Source: Phallusia mammillata (lineage: Eukaryota). From it: DNA of 64,000 nt. Under the pieces are notes generated by a model. That model was given only the letters and a program-made list of their open reading frames with translations, did no database searches and was not told where the DNA came from. Each line of letters opens with the position of its first letter. The stretch's first letter is position 1. This document shows positions 58,801 through 64,000 of this stretch, in pieces. The translations under genes and the position numbers were made by a program. The stretch is taken from the NCBI GenBank assembly GCA_965637545.1, contig OZ281499.1, positions 806,001-870,000 of the forward strand. Reading direction: 5' to 3'.

Positions 58801-61085
58801 TGTTCAGTCAAATTTATAGATATCTTTGCAAAAATGATGACATTCTTAATTAAACAATATGTTGGGGTATATTTTTTGCCAACTGGATGGAACACAAAAA
58901 CACCAAAAATTTTTTTAAACAAAGTGCAATTATTCACAAAAACATAAACTTCTTACACTAAAACTTGATGAGGGATTGAGAAACCTTGCCAGACCTCCTC
59001 CACCTGTTGAAAAACAGAGAAAAATACAATACCAACTTACGTGGGATATTGCATGCTTTAAACTGGAGTATGCACAAACATGTATGAAATTTGCAAGAAA
59101 CCATGATTGTCTGTAGCAGGGCTTAGATATTTCTCATTCTGTACCTTTTTTTAACAAAACAGTATGTGTATTTGTTTTTATCTGATCGAAGAACAGAACG
59201 TCTAAGTGTACACTACATCTAACCACAGGTGTTCAATTGCTCCACAGGAACTTAAGATAAATGCGTTTAATGTAAATGGGGACAAGCTAAAAACAACAGC
59301 ATTTCAATGAGAAATGTTTGATAGATTGTGTGCTAAACACACAAGTGGAGTATGCATCCAACTTGCAATCGAAAGGTTAGTGGTTCTAATCTCAAATTAA
59401 CCATTTAAATCACTCAGAAACAAATAAACAACAGTATATTTTGCTCTTGTATAGAGAAAGAAAAATGGAAAACTACACACAACATGTGCTGATGACATGA
59501 AAAATATAGCTATGCAGAGGCAGGATCCTTGTACTTACCAACTGGAACATTTCCGGAGTCAAGCCCTTTGAGGAACTTGCAGTCCTCCTGATGCCATCTC
59601 GCCGATCGGACATTGTCACCTGCCTCCCATTGTTCAACACATAAACCACAGCTGAGGAAAAACACAATGCTCAATGGAGGGCTTAAATGGATTGAAGCTA
59701 CTTAAAGCACAACTCAGGTAATAAATGGCCAACACTGCTGTTCTGCTTTAATAGGTACATGAATAGTGTTGCTACAGGAGCATATTTCTTAGAGTGTCTC
59801 GCCCAACAAATTAGGACATATATAATTCACTTTTACTCGTTATAACAGTGCTGAACATGTAAATAAAAATGTGTTGCAGTGTAACTTAACAATGACATCA
59901 TTCCAAAATGGAAACATTTTAAACATAACCACAGACAAGCAATTGCCACCATTATGACCATGTAATACATGTTTACACGAAATTCTTACATTAGCTGGTT
60001 TTTGAACCAGTGACTTCAAATTTAAAATGGTAACACACATTTTATGCATTTAATCTCTCAAATTTACCACACTTTAAAACTTTCTCACCATCCTTCAATA
60101 ACGATGTTGTTGAAAGTACAGTTCGCTTTTAATCATTTTCGATGTAACGACTTCTTTAACCAAAAGCCCTCACATGAGAAATGAAGTATAAGCAAACTGC
60201 AGAGGTGCATCATGAGTTTTGCATTTTAACAATACATGTACAAGCTAAAAGGGCAACTTGAAATCTAAACATAGTTATAAACAGTTTGTTGTTTCTCAAA
60301 CAACCATGTACTTTAAATAATAATGATGGCATCATGTTACAATATGCCATAATACTAAACAAAAACTGTAAAGCTGTTTTAAGAAATACTATGAACGTTT
60401 CTTATCACAAAAAAACTTCTACTTCAATATGCAAGACCACAAAGTTTTTACCTGAAACATTTAACCCGATCTTTGTATCCAGTATAATAAAAACCAGACG
60501 ATGCAAGATGACGTGGGTTGACTGGAATTTCCATCGGGAACTTCATGAAAGTTGAAAGTCGATAAGATTCAAGAAATGGATCGCCAGGAGGAATGTAGAT
60601 ACTCCGCTGGCCAGGTGGGTCTCGTTGCCTAAAAAGTGTCGCTTAATATCTTTCACTTTGGACACTATTTTTACCAGTCATATTGTATTTAGTACTGGCG
60701 TAACATAAATTCTAGTGTGAAAAACACATTCATTAAAAAGAAATAAAAAAATCATATCATGCAACAACTCTTCTTAAAAAAGATTAACAAACATTTTAAT
60801 CCACAACATTTTGACTTCAAACAAATTCACAGAAATGACACTTTTCATGAAACCCCAATTTTGTATCGAGGCACATCAAAAAAATGCTTTCACAATAATC
60901 CAAGCACATACCTTCAAAAATATAACAAGCAACCAACCTGTCATAAACAACTCCATCACTTGTCACCATTACAAGCTGGTTGGTATTTTGAAACTGATTT
61001 TTTGAAATGTGCCGACATTGCGTCTCTTTAAAAGTTTGAATCAACTGTTTGTGACATCTGGTTATAAACTTCTTTTTAGCTTGGT
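46885..61085 (-). CDS. Inhibitor of apoptosis (IAP/BIRC) protein, 3xBIR-UBA-RING (XIAP-like architecture, no CARD seen)
   Basis: Phase-consistent exons 61085-60938, 60628-60452, 59651-59539, 59003-58957, 58115-58019, 57403-57351, 55486-55404, 54996-54811, 52351-52237, 51605-51452, 50999-50900, 50833-50650, 49597-49485, 48786-48662, 47701-47669, 47084-46885. BIR2 CFSC..H..FPHC, BIR3 CWYC..HAKWFPTC, UBA (ALEIGF...LVSDL), C-terminal RING CKIC..CGH..C..C..CPMC. First in-frame ATG in this span is at 60969. Confidence 0.9.
47830..48247. mobile_element. hAT MITE
   Basis: CAGTGGTTCCCAAACT ... AGTTTGGGAACCGCTG; perfect TSD TTGTAACA. Confidence 0.92.
48960..49100. mobile_element. Penelope-like end, third family (related copies at 30340-30470 and 40400-40520)
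   Basis: CTGATAATGGCATGAGCATTTGCCGAAACG at 49045-49074 plus the shared flank GAAG..ATAACG.CCCAAATAGA.GTAAAAAGC.ACATGC. Confidence 0.55.
49911..50422. mobile_element. hAT MITE
   Basis: CAGGGGTGGCCAACC ... GGTTGGCCATCCCTG; TSD GTCTAGCA/GTATAGCA. Confidence 0.9.
51694..52012. mobile_element. hAT MITE
   Basis: CAGTGGTTCT ... AGAACCACTA; perfect TSD AGTAAGAG. Confidence 0.85.
53070..54534 (-). mobile_element. 5'-truncated RTE-clade non-LTR retrotransposon (RT domain) in an IAP intron
   Basis: Uninterrupted RT frame with GVRQG, LRYADD and the RTE-type C-terminus; short ATTGT-repeat tail; 11-bp TSD ACATATATTAC at 53059-53069 and 54535-54545. Confidence 0.93.
55814..56348. mobile_element. hAT MITE
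   Basis: CAGGGGCGGGCAAC ... GTTGCCCGTCCCTG; perfect TSD CCCTAGGG. Confidence 0.92.
57528..57621. mobile_element. Very short hAT MITE (94 bp)
   Basis: CAGGTGTGTGCAACA ... TGTTGCACACCCTG; TSD 6/8. Confidence 0.65.
58269..58680. mobile_element. hAT MITE (TAGGGATG TIR); partial relatives near 47370-47496 and 62198-62290
   Basis: TAGGGATGGG ... CCCATCCCTA; TSD TAAGATTA/TAAGATAA. Confidence 0.88.
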
Positions 61086-61266
61086 CTGAATAAAAAAATA
61101 AAAAGTACATTAAACTATAATAATTATTGTATACTTGTATGGCCCAGGGATATGTACAGTAACACATATTTTTAAAATTTTAAAAATATTTTAGTTAAAT
61201 ACAAAAATTAAAATGCAATTATAAGCTTTTGACATAAACACAAAAGAATATGTAGCGTTACAGTCG

Positions 61267-63655
61267 TCAAAGCCGAGCAAAAAAGTTAGCCAGTGGTGGG
61301 ATTTCAACCCACAACCTCAGCCTTTGTGAAGCTGCTAACAATACTGCAGCAATAAAATAAATAATGCTGCTGGTTTGTTTGAGCTTCCCCTCACCTTTTT
61401 TCTGGGAAATTAAATATTCATGAAGCATTTCAAACTTTTCCTGATAAAAATCTGTTTCATTTTGTCTTGACATTGCCTGTAGTAGAGGCCACCTTTTCTC
61501 ATTTAACAGCTGGCAAAGTATTGCTATTATTTTGTGCTTATCCTTGAAATCCCAATCCGGTAGATCCCTAAAATCTTGGAGTGATTGATAGTTAATAATA
61601 TGCAAAGCTGCCAACAATGCATCATCTCTGCAAAATTGTTCCAGGTTAGGTAACCTCGAAAAAGAATCCTTGCAAAGTTTTTTTAAACATTCAAATGTAA
61701 TGTTTTTTGCTTTACAAAATCCTTGGCAGCAGGTGTGGATGAGAGCAATGTACGAAAACCTGTTGTATATGAATGCAACAATGTTTTCAACTGAATCCAC
61801 CCAATTGTCAGTAAGAAATCCAATCTTTTTTTTGTAATGTTGAAATTCAAAATAGCAAAAATCACAAGAAACATCGTTCTCATCTTCAGTATAAATGCAA
61901 CTTTGCAAACCTAAAGAAAAGAATCAGGTAAAATTTCTTTTGACCAAGCGAGTGAAACTAGAATGTTTCAAATATTGCTAATTTATATGTTAATATTTTT
62001 CTGTTTATGGCTATCTACATAAATTCTTAGCATTTTTTGCAACTAATATACGTTTGTGACCTAATTCAGAATGGAATCCATGTCTTTACATGACACATAC
62101 CTGAAGCACAAACAAATGGGCACCCACACACATATACATGTATGGTTAAAACATATCATCATTTCATTTTTTAAATGTAAAAAGCTGGGATTTCTAGTAG
62201 GGATGTGTCAAAACGGCAAATGTTCTGTTTGGTCGAGCACCAAGCATGGCATGTTAATGCTCGGTGCATTGTGATGTTACAAACATTCGTAATTCCACGA
62301 CAGTTTTGTAGATTTCCAAGGTGTCTTATGTCACCAGTGTTGTATTAAGCTATACAGACCCAAGTCTGAAAGAGAGTTTTTCATGCCATAGCGCATTAAA
62401 AAACAGTCATTCTAGTCAATCAATAGTCCAGTAAAATTGTCTCCCAATCGTCCATTGTTTAACATTTTGACCACTGGAGGTGTTTTGAGCAACAACAATT
62501 GATGTTTATGGCTGCATATAGCTGTTAACACCCCCCTAACTGCTATCTGCAAAAACAGCCACCACTTAATCCAATAAGATTACAAAAATAAGTGACCAGG
62601 TTGCCTTTGAAACACTAAACACGGCTAGCGGTTTAAATATCGGGGTTATCAAATGAAAAGATGCAGACGGCACATCTACATACCTATTTCTACCTTCTGT
62701 AAAAGTTTCATCCAACTCCACAAAATATTTTATGGCAAAAGAGGGTGGAAAAACTGCAGGGTAGAAAACAAACATACAATAAAGTTAAAGCATAATGTGT
62801 CTCCTTCAGGGACGTAGAACCATAACAAGAAATAAGCCATACATTTAACATATACCTTTAGTAATTCGTCTCTTCAATTTTAACTTTGCCAATGATTTGG
62901 AAAGAGTAGTTTTACCAATGCCAACTTGTCCAACTATTCCAATACAATTTGGATGGGAGGTTTGACCTATCATTTCATCAATGGAAACAAAGCGTTTATG
63001 AAAAAGAGAACCCAATTCCTGTTTTGTAGGTATGAATTCCTCTTTTTCCACAAGACCCCATCTTTTATATGACTTGTACACATGTATTCCTGGATCTACA
63101 TCAGGTAGTTGGTTGGCCTTCAGTTCTTTGTCATAAAGTACCACTTGAAAGCTCTTCACATGCTCATCCTGATACTTTTTAATAGCAGCAACTGAAATAA
63201 AAATGCAGGCTTTAGGCTGTAAACTAAAACAGCCAATGTCATTGCGTCACTTGTCAAAGCGAGAACTAATAGTTTCAGGGAAAGGGACCTGTAAAAACCT
63301 AACCAGTGCACAACTGCACAATCGTATCTACTAGCTATAGATTTAAATCCAAATTCATTTCATTGTATAAGTATGTGTAATTGGTAATGCTAAAAAGAAG
63401 CAACATTAAAATGGCCTTTCACTTTATTCTGGTATATTTCAACCTTACAAAGAAAGTATATCCCAGACTAAAAACTACTGACTAATGTTTTAATTACAGC
63501 CTAAACACGATTTAAAGTAGCAATTTAATTTGGCTAAAGTTTTATGAACATAACAATTAACTTACGACATGACTTCACTAAAATACACTTTTCTTCACAA
63601 ACATCATTCCCATTATGTTTGGCTTGTACACAATCGTCTGTTACATGTTCTTCAT
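61267..63655 (-). CDS. Partial gene continuing off the right edge, with a NACHT/STAND-type P-loop (Walker A) exon
   Basis: Exons 63655-63566, 63191-62856 (CIGIVGQVGIGKTTLSK), 62753-62694 (or 62684), 61910-61395 (or read-through to the stop at 61267). No recognisable Walker B, so the NTPase may be truncated or degenerate. Confidence 0.6.
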
Positions 63656-64000
63656 CTAAATAATTAAAGACTTCATTAAAAAGCTAAGTGCTTCTGGTTA
63701 GCTTCAATTTTAAGTAAGTTGCATTATTTGAAAGACAAAAATGAAGACTTTTTACATAAAACACAACCAAAAATGAGTGATTCAGTCATCTTTACAGTCG
63801 AGTGCGTCAACAAACCAGCCAAACAGATTAATGGAATTAGCTTAAACACATAGAATATTTTGCATTTAAACAATCAGTGGGTGTCACATTTGGCTGTTTT
63901 TTGGTCAAGTACACTTTGTTTGTTTTTATATAATCAGTTTTTTTGTGGTCACACTCACACCGCACTTAAAGTCTGATACTCGCCAAGACTTGTGATGATA

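Overview
AT-rich eukaryotic (animal) genomic DNA with short GT-AG introns. An ascidian/tunicate-like invertebrate origin is my inference from gene style only. Nearly all host genes are on the minus strand and form an innate-immunity/cell-death cluster. By hand I reconstructed: (i) a 9-exon RIPK-like Ser/Thr kinase with a phase-1 linker and a C-terminal TPR-like domain (30643->24664); (ii) a paralogous kinase (40700->35383) followed directly by a complete three-exon PARP14/15-type mono-ADP-ribosyltransferase domain (34632->33909) that can splice in frame to it; (iii) a 3xBIR-UBA-RING IAP gene (about 61085->46885) whose upstream exons, including a NACHT-type Walker A, are phase-compatible with it. 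Five homologous minus-strand promoter-like segments carry kappaB-like motifs. The left third is a tandem duplication containing orphan exons, a TFIIF-alpha (GTF2F1) gene fragment and a full-length Ty3/Gypsy element. Also present: an RTE LINE fragment, an L1/Tx1-like 3' end, many hAT MITEs with 8-bp TSDs, Penelope-type ends with minimal hammerhead-ribozyme motifs, and two satellites. Exon structures are manual predictions and need transcript support.
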